DNA of 64,000 bases from Sulfolobales archaeon (GCA_038841535.1 JAWBTQ010000001.1:32001-96000); one strand, 5' to 3'. Shown: positions 29,556 to 39,771, numbered from the stretch's first letter. The notes: a model not told the origin generated them from the letters alone. Made by a program: numbers and translations.

Positions 29556-30929
29556 TTGCCAAATGAAGAAAGCGCTCTCGATAGCTACAGGTCTATGGTT
29601 GTCTACGGATCGTTCTATAGGACCCTCCTGATTCTAGCGCTTCCTATGATAGTATTTGAGGCAGTGAACGTATCTTATAACTTAGTGGACGCGTATTGGC
29701 TGGGATTCTGGGGAGGGGCTGCGTTTACCGTCCCCAGGCTCACCAGGCCTACCTACATGTTCTTCGAGGCCGTGTTCATGGGTTTAGGAACGGCTAACCT
29801 CGCGATGATGTCTCAGTACGTTGGTGGGAGGAGGTATGAAGAAGCTGCTAAAACTTTCTCGCAGTTTCTGACTGCGAACTTAGTCCTAGGATTACTTCTT
29901 ACCTTAGTATACATTGAGGTAAACGACTTTCTGATAAAGTACGTTGTCCGGGTTCCTTCTGAACTAGCTGAACCAACCCTAACCTACGCAAACATTATAG
30001 CTTTAGACATACTTCTCTATGGGTTTGACTCAGCTTTCACGAACGCTTTTCAGTCTATAGGAAACACTAGGGTCCCGGCTATGGCTGGAATAGTTTCTGC
30101 TTCACTGAACTTCATCTTAGACCCTGTGCTCATACTGGGTCTAGGTGGGCTACCGAGCTTAGGACCTGCTGGTGCTGCTATCGCTACAGTAGTCACGAGA
30201 TTAATTAAGGTTGCTTCACTAGCCTACATCTTTGTGAAGAAGCTTCCTGAAGTAGGTATTAGGCTTACTAAGAGCTTTAGTAGGTTTTGGTTTGTTAGAG
30301 TTATTACTGTGGGAGGGCCGATGTCCTTGAGGCAGGCATTAAACAGTATTGGAATAATGTTTCAGCACTCGATAGTCAACTCATTCGGTATCGTAGCAAC
30401 ACAGACTTACACGATAGGTTTTCTATTCATGGACATAGCTGAAGCCGTAGTAAGGGGGTCTACAACTCCGATAGCCGTTATGGTAGGTCAGAGCCTAGGT
30501 GCTGGAAACCTAAGTCGCTCTAGAGAAGTAGGTATAAAGTCGTGTTTAACTCTCGGAAGCATAACAGCAACAGTATCCTCGGTCTTGTTCTTAGTTAGGA
30601 GAGAGCTAGCTATGGTCTTCACGAGCGATTCAGTAGTCATTGGAGAGTCCATGTACTTCCTCAGCATGTTCCTACCGACGCTGCCTTTTCTAACCCTACT
30701 CTTCATAGGTATAGCGGTAGGTCGAGGTTCGGGAAGCACGGTGGTGCCTCTGATTATCACACTAGTGAGGATGTGGGGCATGAGGATCACTTTAGCGTAC
30801 ATTCTATCGACTATCTTGGGTATGGGTACTAGCGGGCTGTGGATCTCTTTATCTTTAGGAAACATTGTGGCAGGAATAGCTTCAGCAACATGGATAGCCG
30901 TTGGTAAGTGGTGCAGGCCCATAGTATAG
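29556..30929 (+). CDS. MATE-family efflux transporter
   Basis: LALPM..YNLVD, SQYVG, NFILDP and GQSLGA; about 12 TM segments. Confidence 0.9.
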   Translation: MPNEESALDSYRSMVVYGSFYRTLLILALPMIVFEAVNVSYNLVDAYWLGFWGGAAFTVPRLTRPTYMFFEAVFMGLGTANLAMMSQYVGGRRYEEAAKTFSQFLTANLVLGLLLTLVYIEVNDFLIKYVVRVPSELAEPTLTYANIIALDILLYGFDSAFTNAFQSIGNTRVPAMAGIVSASLNFILDPVLILGLGGLPSLGPAGAAIATVVTRLIKVASLAYIFVKKLPEVGIRLTKSFSRFWFVRVITVGGPMSLRQALNSIGIMFQHSIVNSFGIVATQTYTIGFLFMDIAEAVVRGSTTPIAVMVGQSLGAGNLSRSREVGIKSCLTLGSITATVSSVLFLVRRELAMVFTSDSVVIGESMYFLSMFLPTLPFLTLLFIGIAVGRGSGSTVVPLIITLVRMWGMRITLAYILSTILGMGTSGLWISLSLGNIVAGIASATWIAVGKWCRPIV

Positions 30930-31033
30930 ACAAGCGCTAAAGCACTAGCTCGCAGATATCGAGAGAGAACTACTGAAACCCGAGGGTTTCCTTCTTAGCT
31001 TAAGTTCGGGGGAAACTAACCTTATTTAGCTCT

Positions 31034-31873
31034 ATGTTGCAGCATGTTCGCGGGTGTTGTGGGTTGGTTGCTGTCTCACCGGAGGGCTTTTGGTCTGGTC
31101 CTATAACTAAAACTGGAAAGTCGGCATTAGTGCCTAGAGGCCCCTGGGTTTACGGGTTCACAGGTTTAGGTATTAGCTATAAATCAGACCCTAGTTCTTT
31201 AGCCGATATAGTACCCAGACCTCTCAGAGTGTCTGATGGGTCAGTATTCGCTTACGTAACTGAGATAGTTACCTGGAGTCCGAATGTTGGAGAGCTTTCT
31301 ACTGAAGCGCCAGATCAGCTGTACTACCACGAAGGAGCGTTTTTCGTTAGGGTTGAGTATGATGGCAGAATATATACCTACTGCCCGTTTATGTGGGTTG
31401 ACTCAGACATCTCACTTTTGAGAGGCCTACTAGTCGGCTGGCCTAAGAAGCTGGCTAGAGTTGCTCTCACCAAGATCCACCCGATGGTTCCAGGTCTTGA
31501 CAGGCCTAGGAAGGGCTTAAAGCTTGGTGGCTACGTTGCTAGAGCTGGCTCAACTCTATATAGAGTAAGAGTTGAGATAGAGGACGATAGAGAAGACAAG
31601 TTCTTACCACTACTCACAGAGCACCCGTTCATCCTATTCAGATACTTTGCGGGAGTGTCAAAGACTCTAACAACAGTTAACGAGCTGGTAGAGCTTATTG
31701 GAGAAGTCGATGTGAGAGCGTGGCGTGGAAAAGGTGAGATAGAGGTAGTTGGAGGAGTTAACGACGAGCTTCAGAGTCTCAAGCCTATATCGGAAGCTGT
31801 AGGACACTACTTCAACATGGCACTTAAGCTGAAGAGCGTGAAGGCTGTAGGTAAAGCAGAAGGATTCGGCTAG
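31034..31873 (+). CDS. Acetoacetate decarboxylase-family protein
   Basis: MWVDSD..RGLLVGWPKK (Schiff-base Lys region). Confidence 0.8.
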   Translation: MLQHVRGCCGLVAVSPEGFWSGPITKTGKSALVPRGPWVYGFTGLGISYKSDPSSLADIVPRPLRVSDGSVFAYVTEIVTWSPNVGELSTEAPDQLYYHEGAFFVRVEYDGRIYTYCPFMWVDSDISLLRGLLVGWPKKLARVALTKIHPMVPGLDRPRKGLKLGGYVARAGSTLYRVRVEIEDDREDKFLPLLTEHPFILFRYFAGVSKTLTTVNELVELIGEVDVRAWRGKGEIEVVGGVNDELQSLKPISEAVGHYFNMALKLKSVKAVGKAEGFG

Positions 31874-31985
31874 ACCAACCTGATGTAGATAACGTTTTTC
31901 TTAGCTTACTTATCTATTCAGAGCATGGTAGTGAGCATTTATAGTAACTCACGGATTTACACTCTTGTCGAGAGAAGTGGAGGAT

Positions 31986-32340
31986 GAGTGATGTAGACTG
32001 ACAAACCATGGCAAACAGTCCCTCACTCGGCCTAACCTGGAGACTTATAGAACCTGAAGCTATCGGGTAAACTAGCTTTCAATAGCGAAAGTAGAGCTTC
32101 CTAGCTGTTTCGCTACGCAAGGTTTGTTGAGGTTACTGGCAACATCTTCCAGTCGGCGATGAGTTTAGTAATGTCGTCGACTTCGGGTGGTGATGCGGAC
32201 CTAACCCGGAGCGACTCGGGGGATTGATGAGGTCCTGTGCCGTTAGACTCAGAGGGATACTCGTGACTCCTGCGTGGAGCGGCTTGTAGCTACGATGAGC
32301 CACGGAATGGAAGCTCGATTTGCTCCGGGGGCCTACAAAT
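31986..32340. ncRNA. Candidate multi-hairpin structured RNA of unknown family
   Basis: Consecutive stems: GAGTGA..GACTG/CAGTC..TCACTC, TAGCGAAA/TTTCGCTA, AGTCGGCGAT/GTCGTCGACT, TTCGGGT/ACCCGGA and GGAGC/GCTCC. Repeated GATGA/GATG motifs. Confidence 0.35.
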
Positions 32341-32470
32341 CCTTAGGGCTTGAAGCGAAGTAAGGAGATTAAGACAATGGTGTGAAACACGAGTTTAGAG
32401 GCATCTTTTACTAAGAAGCGGGGTGTGATGGCTGAGTCCTAGAAATATTAGCTCCTAACACGTTCTTTGC

Positions 32471-32527
32471 TTGGATGATGCGAACGACGGGCGGCCTGAT
32501 GTTGATGAACCACTGTAGCGCTGACAA
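32471..32527 (+). ncRNA. C/D-box sRNA predicted to guide 16S rRNA Cm1402 (E. coli numbering) and a site near 1236
   Basis: Box C ATGATGC, D' CTGA, C' TGATGA, D CTGA. D' guide CGACGGGCGG is complementary to CCGCCCGUCG. Confidence 0.85.
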
Positions 32528-32827
32528 ACCCATCGCTTTCTATCGCCTGGACTCAAACACAGCTCAGACATTGACACCCGCTACCTGCTCTTTAGGGCTT
32601 GCCCATGAGTCAACCTCTTAGCGTGTTCTCTGAGGTCTTAACTCAACACTCCTTAGTCATGCTTTCAGTAATTATTTATGGACTCTTGCGGAATTTGGGT
32701 ATCTGTAATGTAACTCCAGATCCTTCAAATACTTATCGTGTTGCTCTCTAATGAGGAGTTTGCGGTATCTGGTTCAGGTAGTCATGTCTGGGTACTTATT
32801 TTAGTTTACTTAAAACCAGTCTGGGTG

Positions 32828-34675
32828 ATGGACGTAGGGACTTACACTAAAGAACCGAGATTTATTCTCGCAACAGATGTAGGAAGTACTACTACTAAAG
32901 CGAGGTTCTTCGGTAAGATAGACGGTGAGTGGAGGTTTTTAGCCAGTGGTGAGGCACCAACGACTGTCGAGAAGCCTGTAGAAGACGTTACTAAGGGTGT
33001 TAGAAACGCAGTAAGAGAAGTCGAAGAGCTGACGGGGCACAAGATACTCGACGACTCGTCCGAGGAGCTCAAGTTCGTCATGCCCCATAGGGGAGGTAAA
33101 GTAGGTATAGACGTCTACGTATCGACCAGTAGTGCCGGTGGAGGTCTCCAGATGCTTGTGGCCGGCGTTGTCAAGAGCATTACTGCTGAGAGCGCCCAGA
33201 GAGCTGCTCTAGGTGCTGGAGCCATAGTGATGGACGTTCTATCGGTAGACGATGGTAGGGAGGTGCACGAGAAAATAAATACACTGAGGTTTCTAAGGCC
33301 TGACATGATCCTTCTAGCTGGAGGAACTGATGGTGGTGATAAAACCCACGTACTAGAGATGAGTGAGGTAATAGCAGTAGCCAAGCCTCGGCCGAGGTTC
33401 GGGGCTACGTTTAGGCTCCCAGTGGTCTACGCTGGGAATAGGGACGCTAGAGAGGATGTGAAGAGGATACTGCCAGACGACTTCTTCGACGTTAGAATCG
33501 TGGACAACATAAGACCTCAGATAGAGGTGGAGAAAGTTGAGCCTGCGAGAAACGCTATCCTGGAGCTATTCATGGAGCACGTGATGGCCCACGCGCCAGG
33601 ATACGAGAAGTTAATGAAGCTTGTTTCTACAGACATCATGCCGACGCCGGCTGCTGAGGGCCTCATGATAAGAACCTTCGCCGAGATGAAGGAAGTCAAC
33701 GCTATCGGGGTAGGTATGGGCGGTGCTACGACGAACGTGTATTCGGTCTTCGACGGGAGATTTCTGAGAACCGTTAGCGCTAACCTCGGGATGAGCTACA
33801 GCATAGGGAACGTACTGAAGGAGGCAGGCTTAGAGAGCGTTAAGAGGTGGATACCGCTCGACTTAACGGACGACGAGATAATGGGTATAGTCTACAACAA
33901 AATGATTAGACCTACAACAATACCTATGTCTCTAGAGGACCTTGTAGTCGAGCACGCTGTAGCCCGTGAAAGCATAAGGATGGCCTTCAACCATCACAAG
34001 TACTTGGCTAGAGAGCTCAAGGGAGTTAAGAAGGAGAGAACTATATCTGATATATTCGAGGAAGTTAAAGCCGAGGAGACGTATATAGACATGAGGAGGG
34101 TAGACTACATCATAGGGACGGGGGGCCTCCTCTCTCGAGCTCCCAGGAGGGCTCAATCCATGATCATACTAGCAGACGCCTTTCAGCCGATAGGCTTTAC
34201 GTACATAATGCAGGACAGCGTATTCATGATACCCCACCTAGGGGTGCTCTCAAGGATATATAGAGAGATAGCCCTCGAGATATTCGAGAAAGAATGCCTT
34301 GTACCGCTTGGCACTCTAGTTGCAGCTGCAGGTATTGGGACTCCTGGGGAAAAAGTTGCCGATATCACTGTAGAGTACTCTGAGCAAGAGAAAGACCAGA
34401 TAGAGCTAGCGTTTGGAAGTATAGTGAGGATGCCTATACCCCAGTACAAAGAGGTAGTTATAGCCGTAGAGCCGACTAAGAGGTTCGACTTCGGGCAAGG
34501 ATTTGGCAAGAGAGTTAGGAAGAAAGTACGCGGTGGAGTTGTGGGAGTGGTATTTGATGGAAGGGGTAGACCGCTTTATATACCGCAAGACTCAAGAGAA
34601 AGGAGAAAGCTGCTTGTCTCGTGGTTTAAAGCCCTTGAGCTATACCCGGAAGATTTCGTTGTGAAACTAGGCTAG
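32828..34675 (+). CDS. Glutamate mutase L (GlmL/MutL-type reactivase)-like actin-fold ATPase
   Basis: ATDVGSTTTKA, SSAGGGLQM, LAGGTDGG, MPTP, GGATT and RTVSANLGMSYS. ATG at 32828 is in frame with ORF 32738..34675. Confidence 0.8.
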   Translation: MDVGTYTKEPRFILATDVGSTTTKARFFGKIDGEWRFLASGEAPTTVEKPVEDVTKGVRNAVREVEELTGHKILDDSSEELKFVMPHRGGKVGIDVYVSTSSAGGGLQMLVAGVVKSITAESAQRAALGAGAIVMDVLSVDDGREVHEKINTLRFLRPDMILLAGGTDGGDKTHVLEMSEVIAVAKPRPRFGATFRLPVVYAGNRDAREDVKRILPDDFFDVRIVDNIRPQIEVEKVEPARNAILELFMEHVMAHAPGYEKLMKLVSTDIMPTPAAEGLMIRTFAEMKEVNAIGVGMGGATTNVYSVFDGRFLRTVSANLGMSYSIGNVLKEAGLESVKRWIPLDLTDDEIMGIVYNKMIRPTTIPMSLEDLVVEHAVARESIRMAFNHHKYLARELKGVKKERTISDIFEEVKAEETYIDMRRVDYIIGTGGLLSRAPRRAQSMIILADAFQPIGFTYIMQDSVFMIPHLGVLSRIYREIALEIFEKECLVPLGTLVAAAGIGTPGEKVADITVEYSEQEKDQIELAFGSIVRMPIPQYKEVVIAVEPTKRFDFGQGFGKRVRKKVRGGVVGVVFDGRGRPLYIPQDSRERRKLLVSWFKALELYPEDFVVKLG

Positions 34676-34684
34676 GTGGTTTAA

Positions 34685-35818
34685 GTGAGTGAGGAAAGCT
34701 TTGCGTATACCCCCGGTCTGGCGGTTACACCCCTCACCTACATAACTCGGGAGAGAAGTCTGCCGATTAGGGGAGAAACTCTGGTAGGTCAGGGAAGTAA
34801 AGTAAACTTCGATACGATCGTCAGTAGGTGCTATCTAGAGGGGCCCCCGTACATAGTCAAGGTAGCAGAGCTTCTAGGAGTAGAACCTGAGGAAGTAGTC
34901 AAGTACCTAAGAGTTAGGGTGGGAGATAGCGTTTCTAAGGGTACTAATCTAGCCAGCTACACCGCCTTCCTGGGTCTTTTGAAGAAAGCTGTTGAGTCAC
35001 CGATCGAAGGTGTTGTTGAGAGCTTTAGTGAGATTACTGGACACCTCACTATAAGGGCTCCTCCACGCGTAATAGAGTTGCGAGCATACATCCGTGGAAC
35101 AGTTCTGAAAGTAGTCCCAGGGGAATCCGTCACAGTCGGAACACCAGCCGCATTTATTCAAGGGATCATAGGGTTCGGTGGCGAGAGATATGGAGTAATA
35201 GAGCTAGTATCGTCTAGCAACCAGGACGTATTGGGTCCAGACCAGATAGGCGAACACCACGCTGGTAAGATCATAGTGGGAGGGTCTCTCATAACTTATG
35301 AAGCCCTCGAGAAAGCCAGAAAAGTCGGAGTTGCTGGTATAGTAATTGGTGGAGCTAAAATCACGGACTTGGAGAGGGTCTTAGGCTATAGAATTGGAGT
35401 AGCTATTACTGGAAGGGAGAGCGTCGGGTTCACGATAGTTCTTACGGAGGGCTTTGGAAAGCTACCTATGTCTAAGAGAGCGTTTGATATATTTAAAGAA
35501 AATGAGGGAAGGGAGGCTGCGATCAACGGTGCTACTCAGGTTAGAGCCGGTGTAATAAGACCAGAGGTAATAATTCCCAGAGACGATGAGAGCTTTGCGG
35601 GAATTCTGGAGCCCTTGGGCGAGGGTAAGATGAGAGTTGGAAGCACTGTTAGAATCATAAGGTACCCGCACTTTGGTGAAATAGGGACTGTAGTCGAGCT
35701 CCCCGTGGAGCTACATAAGATCGAGACCGAATCCCCAGTGAGGGTAGTTAGAGTACGCCTCCAAGACGGAAGAGAAGTGCTGATCCCTAGAGCTAATGTA
35801 GAGATAATCAGTGAGTAA
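34685..35818 (+). CDS. Conserved hypothetical protein co-transcribed with the GlmL-like gene (barrel-sandwich-like repeats, C-terminal KOW/SH3-like domain)
   Basis: AYTPGL, AITGRE..LTEGFG, NGATQVRAGVIRPE and IPRANVE; starts 9 bp after the upstream stop. Confidence 0.7.
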   Translation: MSEESFAYTPGLAVTPLTYITRERSLPIRGETLVGQGSKVNFDTIVSRCYLEGPPYIVKVAELLGVEPEEVVKYLRVRVGDSVSKGTNLASYTAFLGLLKKAVESPIEGVVESFSEITGHLTIRAPPRVIELRAYIRGTVLKVVPGESVTVGTPAAFIQGIIGFGGERYGVIELVSSSNQDVLGPDQIGEHHAGKIIVGGSLITYEALEKARKVGVAGIVIGGAKITDLERVLGYRIGVAITGRESVGFTIVLTEGFGKLPMSKRAFDIFKENEGREAAINGATQVRAGVIRPEVIIPRDDESFAGILEPLGEGKMRVGSTVRIIRYPHFGEIGTVVELPVELHKIETESPVRVVRVRLQDGREVLIPRANVEIISE

Positions 35819-36164
35819 GCAACTTCCTCAGTTCCTCAGCAGCCTTCTTTATGGACTTCCTGTCTTTGGCGCTGACTTCGATCGTGCCCCCATCGACCAT
35901 TTCTACGATAAGTACTTCCTCCTTAGTGGCTAGTGTGACACCCAGCATTACCAGTGTGAGTACTGTATGTAGGAAGTCTTGCGTGTATATAGAGACTGCG
36001 GCCATAGCTATAACGAGAACGACGAGAATCCTACTGTACTTTCTCATAGTACCTACTCTACGTACAGAAGGCATAGGTACTCTGTCCATCCCCGTTGAGC
36101 CGATTAGGACTAAGTCCCCACCTTCAATATCTACTCGCAGTACCCTAACTCTCCTCACAGACAT
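35808..36164 (-). CDS. Small membrane protein
   Basis: Two adjacent hydrophobic segments; directly downstream of the amidohydrolase. Confidence 0.6.
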   Translation of the reverse strand: MSVRRVRVLRVDIEGGDLVLIGSTGMDRVPMPSVRRVGTMRKYSRILVVLVIAMAAVSIYTQDFLHTVLTLVMLGVTLATKEEVLIVEMVDGGTIEVSAKDRKSIKKAAEELRKLLTH

Positions 36165-36169
36165 TTAAA

Positions 36170-37414
36170 TCATCTTTTGAGGATTACGGACCCCTCTTTC
36201 ATAACGAAGACTACCTTCCTGAGAGCCTCTATTTCTGCTTCGGGATCTCCCAGTACACCCACTAAGTCTGCTACCATGCCCTTCTCGACTACGCCTATAT
36301 TGCTTAAGCCTAAGCACTCAGCAGCGTTTCTAGTTGATGCTATAAGCGCATCAACAGGCTTCATGCCGTACTTGACCATAGCTATAGGCTCATCTGCGTT
36401 ACTACCGAAAGCCCTAAGCGGAGGGCCGTAGTAGTCTGTTCCAGTAGCGATCTTTACTCCAGCTTTATACGCTGCCCTAAAGCTCTGGGGCATGTACTCC
36501 ACGCACTCTCCCTGCTTCTTCAGCCTCCATTCAGGGATCCCTGGAGGAGGGTTCTCCAGAGTCTTCTTATAGACCTCGACAAGGCACAGTGTTGGCACGT
36601 AGTAAACTCCTTTCTCTATCATGAGCTCTACGGACTCCTCATCTAGGAAGTAGCCGTGCTCTACTGAGTCAACACCTCCCAAGACAGCTATCTTAACGCC
36701 TTCAGCTCCCTGCGCGTGTGAAGCAACCTTCTTACCCACTCTGCGCGCTTCTTCAACAACAGCTCTAACTTCTTCAACGCTCATCTGCGGGTGCTTAGGA
36801 TCATCTTTTTCAGACCCTACTCCACCCGACGTCATGACCTTAATGAAGTCAGCTCCATCCCTTAGCACAATCCTAGCAGCCTTCTTACACTCCCAAGGGT
36901 TATCGCACAATAGGGCTGAAGCCCTCTTAATAACGTCTTCAAGTGGCATGTAGTGCGTGTCGCAGTGACCTCCGGTCTGACATATAGGTCTCCCAGAAGC
37001 CACGATTCGGGGACCTAGAACAGACCCTTCAGCAGTAGCTCTCTTTAGAGATAGAGCTATAGTCCCACCGCAGTCTCTTAGAGTAGTGAAACCGGATAGT
37101 AGAGCCTTCTGAGCATCCTGTGCTGCCCTAAGTACTCTCAGGTCTTGAGGAACTACCGCAACTTCCGCTGGATTATAGGTTCTCAAGCCTGTGAAGTGTA
37201 CATGAGCATCTATCAGCCCGGGCAGTAGGGTAACACCCCTCAGCTCTATCGCAGTAGACTGCTTCCCGATGTCAATCGAACCCGTGGTTGCCACATCAAC
37301 TATATACTTTCCCTCTACGACAACTGCTGGTTTACTCAGAAAGTTTCCCTTACCATCGAATAACCTATCCGGCAATAAGACGTACCTCTCACGATTATTC
37401 AAGTCTAACACCAC
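36170..37414 (-). CDS. Amidohydrolase family protein (Xaa-Pro dipeptidase-like)
   Basis: PGLIDAHVH, GADFIK, SHA, VEHG and GTD. Confidence 0.9.
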   Translation of the reverse strand: MVLDLNNRERYVLLPDRLFDGKGNFLSKPAVVVEGKYIVDVATTGSIDIGKQSTAIELRGVTLLPGLIDAHVHFTGLRTYNPAEVAVVPQDLRVLRAAQDAQKALLSGFTTLRDCGGTIALSLKRATAEGSVLGPRIVASGRPICQTGGHCDTHYMPLEDVIKRASALLCDNPWECKKAARIVLRDGADFIKVMTSGGVGSEKDDPKHPQMSVEEVRAVVEEARRVGKKVASHAQGAEGVKIAVLGGVDSVEHGYFLDEESVELMIEKGVYYVPTLCLVEVYKKTLENPPPGIPEWRLKKQGECVEYMPQSFRAAYKAGVKIATGTDYYGPPLRAFGSNADEPIAMVKYGMKPVDALIASTRNAAECLGLSNIGVVEKGMVADLVGVLGDPEAEIEALRKVVFVMKEGSVILKR

Positions 37415-37481
37415 TACTAGTACCTCTCCTTAGCTATATATGGTCGACCACTGTGCTAAAAGTTAAGTAAATATATTGAGG

Positions 37482-38567
37482 CTACTTCTCTTTACAAGTA
37501 ATTCTATCCGACGAAGCTTTCCTCAGTCTATTCATTACTGCTAAACCGATCCCTCTTTCATCTACACTCTCCGAGAAGGCTATAGAGACCTTCCCGCACT
37601 TATCCAGACTTCGCAGGATACTAAACAAGTTCTTAGCTACTTCAAATAGGTTTTCCCTCGAACCAAGTGTGAAGTAAGTTAAGGCATCCCCGAACCTACT
37701 CCTGACTTCCCTGACAGTCTCTCTAGATGCGATGAGTGCTGGGGACTCATTGAGAGAGTGCTTAAGCTGCTCTACTAGGAACTCTAAGTAGGAGGTGGTG
37801 TCGCATGAACCTCTCTCTACTAGCACTAGCTTCTTGTTGGGAGCGTAGTGTCTGTACTTCATTCCCGGAGAAGGAGGTTTTTCCTCGTAACTCGATAGCC
37901 CTCGGGCGTAGGCTGGCAGACTAAACCTAACCTCGAAGATCTTCTCTAGCTCTTCCGGACCTAGAGGTCCGGGTCTCAGGATCTGGGGTTTAGGCGATAC
38001 TAGATCTACTACTGTTGACTCGACGCCGAAGAAAGTTTCACCAGCGTCTAAGATCATGTCTACCTCGTTACCTAGGTCTTCATCGACGTGCTCAGCTCTA
38101 GTAGGTGAGGGTCTTCCAGCAATGTTGGCCGATGGTGCTGCTAGGGGCTTACCCACAGCCTCGATAAGCTTTAGTGCTACAGGATGTGCTGGGGACCTAA
38201 CCGCGACGGTGTCTAGACCCCCACTAACAACTGCTGGTAGAGTTTGCTTCCTCTTGACTACGACGGTCAGAGGACCCGGCCAAGCGATCGAGAGAGCCCT
38301 TACAACTCTATCGGGTACTTCTACTGCTACTTGATGAAGCATGTCGAGAGAGCTTACGTGGACTATTAGAGGGTTGTCTAGAGGCCTCCTCTTAACTTTA
38401 AAAACCTTAAGTACCGCCTCGGAGTTGAAGGCGTCAGCCCCGATGCCGTACACGGTTTCGGTTGGAAACGCTACTAGACCTCCACTCTTTAGCACTTCAG
38501 CTGCCTCTCTTATCACCTCCTCGCTTGGTCTTAGAGGTTCTACTCTAACTATCTTAGCTCTTGGCAT
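37482..38567 (-). CDS. sua5: Threonylcarbamoyl-AMP synthase
   Basis: FPTETVYG, KRRPLDNPLIVH, APSAN, SPGMKYRHYAP and MNRLRKA. Confidence 0.95.
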   Translation of the reverse strand: MPRAKIVRVEPLRPSEEVIREAAEVLKSGGLVAFPTETVYGIGADAFNSEAVLKVFKVKRRPLDNPLIVHVSSLDMLHQVAVEVPDRVVRALSIAWPGPLTVVVKRKQTLPAVVSGGLDTVAVRSPAHPVALKLIEAVGKPLAAPSANIAGRPSPTRAEHVDEDLGNEVDMILDAGETFFGVESTVVDLVSPKPQILRPGPLGPEELEKIFEVRFSLPAYARGLSSYEEKPPSPGMKYRHYAPNKKLVLVERGSCDTTSYLEFLVEQLKHSLNESPALIASRETVREVRSRFGDALTYFTLGSRENLFEVAKNLFSILRSLDKCGKVSIAFSESVDERGIGLAVMNRLRKASSDRITCKEK

Positions 38568-38668
38568 ACCATACAGACTCAGTCATTGGAGGTTTTAAGC
38601 GAGTTCGATAAGAAAAGCTTGGACGAAATGGAAAACCATTGAATTAAATGAAGAGAGGCATCCTATCT

Positions 38669-38723
38669 GACTCGTGATGAGCCGGACTCCACTGAGGACT
38701 TAGAGGGACTTTCTCCCGAGGTC
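38669..38723 (+). ncRNA. C/D-box sRNA, targets uncertain
   Basis: Box C GTGATGA, 11-nt guide, D' CTGA, degenerate C', guide GGGACTTTCTC, D CCGA and a short GAC/GTC terminal stem. Confidence 0.65.
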
Positions 38724-38786
38724 TACGTTGATGTTAGCTGATTTATCTCTATATCGGTTATTTAACTCACTTTCCTAAGCCGTTAC

Positions 38787-39771
38787 GTGGTAGTTAGTAT
38801 GAGAGTGAAGATCAAACCTCCTAAGATCAAGCATGGAGCTAGGATACTCCTTGTAGCACCATCAAGCTACCCAGAGTATCCAGATATGAACCTCAGCATG
38901 GGTATTGAGACGCTGAGGAAATACGGGTTTAGCCTAGTCTTAGGAGATAGCGTTAAGTACGCTATGAGGCGGTGGTACCTCGCCGCACCTGAGGAAGTTA
39001 AGGTGATGGACCTCGCTGAGGGTTTTAGGATGGAGGATGTAGATGCTGTATGGTGTGTTAGAGGAGGTGCTGGAAGCGTAAGGCTTCTAGACTCGATAGA
39101 CTACGATCTTATCGCTAGTAGTCCTAAGCCACTTATCGGGTTTAGCGATATAACGGTCCTACAGAACGCACTATACTCAAAGACAGGGCTCGCGAGCATA
39201 CACGGTGAGATGGTCGCAACAATACCTAAACTTGGTGACGAGATAGGTGCTGTAAGGCACGAGAGGAACCTGGAGATGGTCTTGAGAATACTTCAGGAGG
39301 AGGTACTCGAGTTAAGGCCTCCCGAAGATGGACCTTTCCCCAAGACCATAAACTCTGGAAAGGCCTCTGGAGAAGTTGTTGGAGGCAACTTAATTCACAC
39401 TAATTCAGGGAACACCATACGGAGTCAATATCGAGGGGAGAATAGTTTTCCTAGAGGATATTAGAGAGGATGCGTGGAGGATGGACAACTATCTCACGTC
39501 ACTAGCTTTGGGAGACCACCTCCAGAGAGCTTCTGGAGTAGTGTTTGGCGAGTTTCCCGAGCCCGAAGTGAAGACACCCTCACCTAGCATTGAAGAAGTT
39601 ATCACCGATAGAGCTAAAAGATACATCAAGACCCCGTCCTTCCTCAACTTCCCCTGCTGCCACGGTGGGGATGAGCATGGACATTACGTCTACCCACTTG
39701 CTATCGGTTCTACAGTCACCATCGATGCTGACGAGGGCTTGGTGTACATGGATGAACCCGCTGTTGAGTAG
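38787..39771 (+). pseudogene. S66 LD-carboxypeptidase (MccF-like), frameshifted at about 39393
   Basis: RGGAG, GFSDIT and GGNL in the first frame; FTLIQGTPY..FLEDI..CHG continues in the shifted frame into ORF 39481..39771. Confidence 0.8.

Noticed and set aside
31986-32340. RNase P RNA, SRP RNA or cobalamin riboswitch
   Set aside because: It lacks the GAGGAAAGUCC/ACAGAA P4 motifs, the SRP CAGG-GNRA-AGCA helix and the B12 box.
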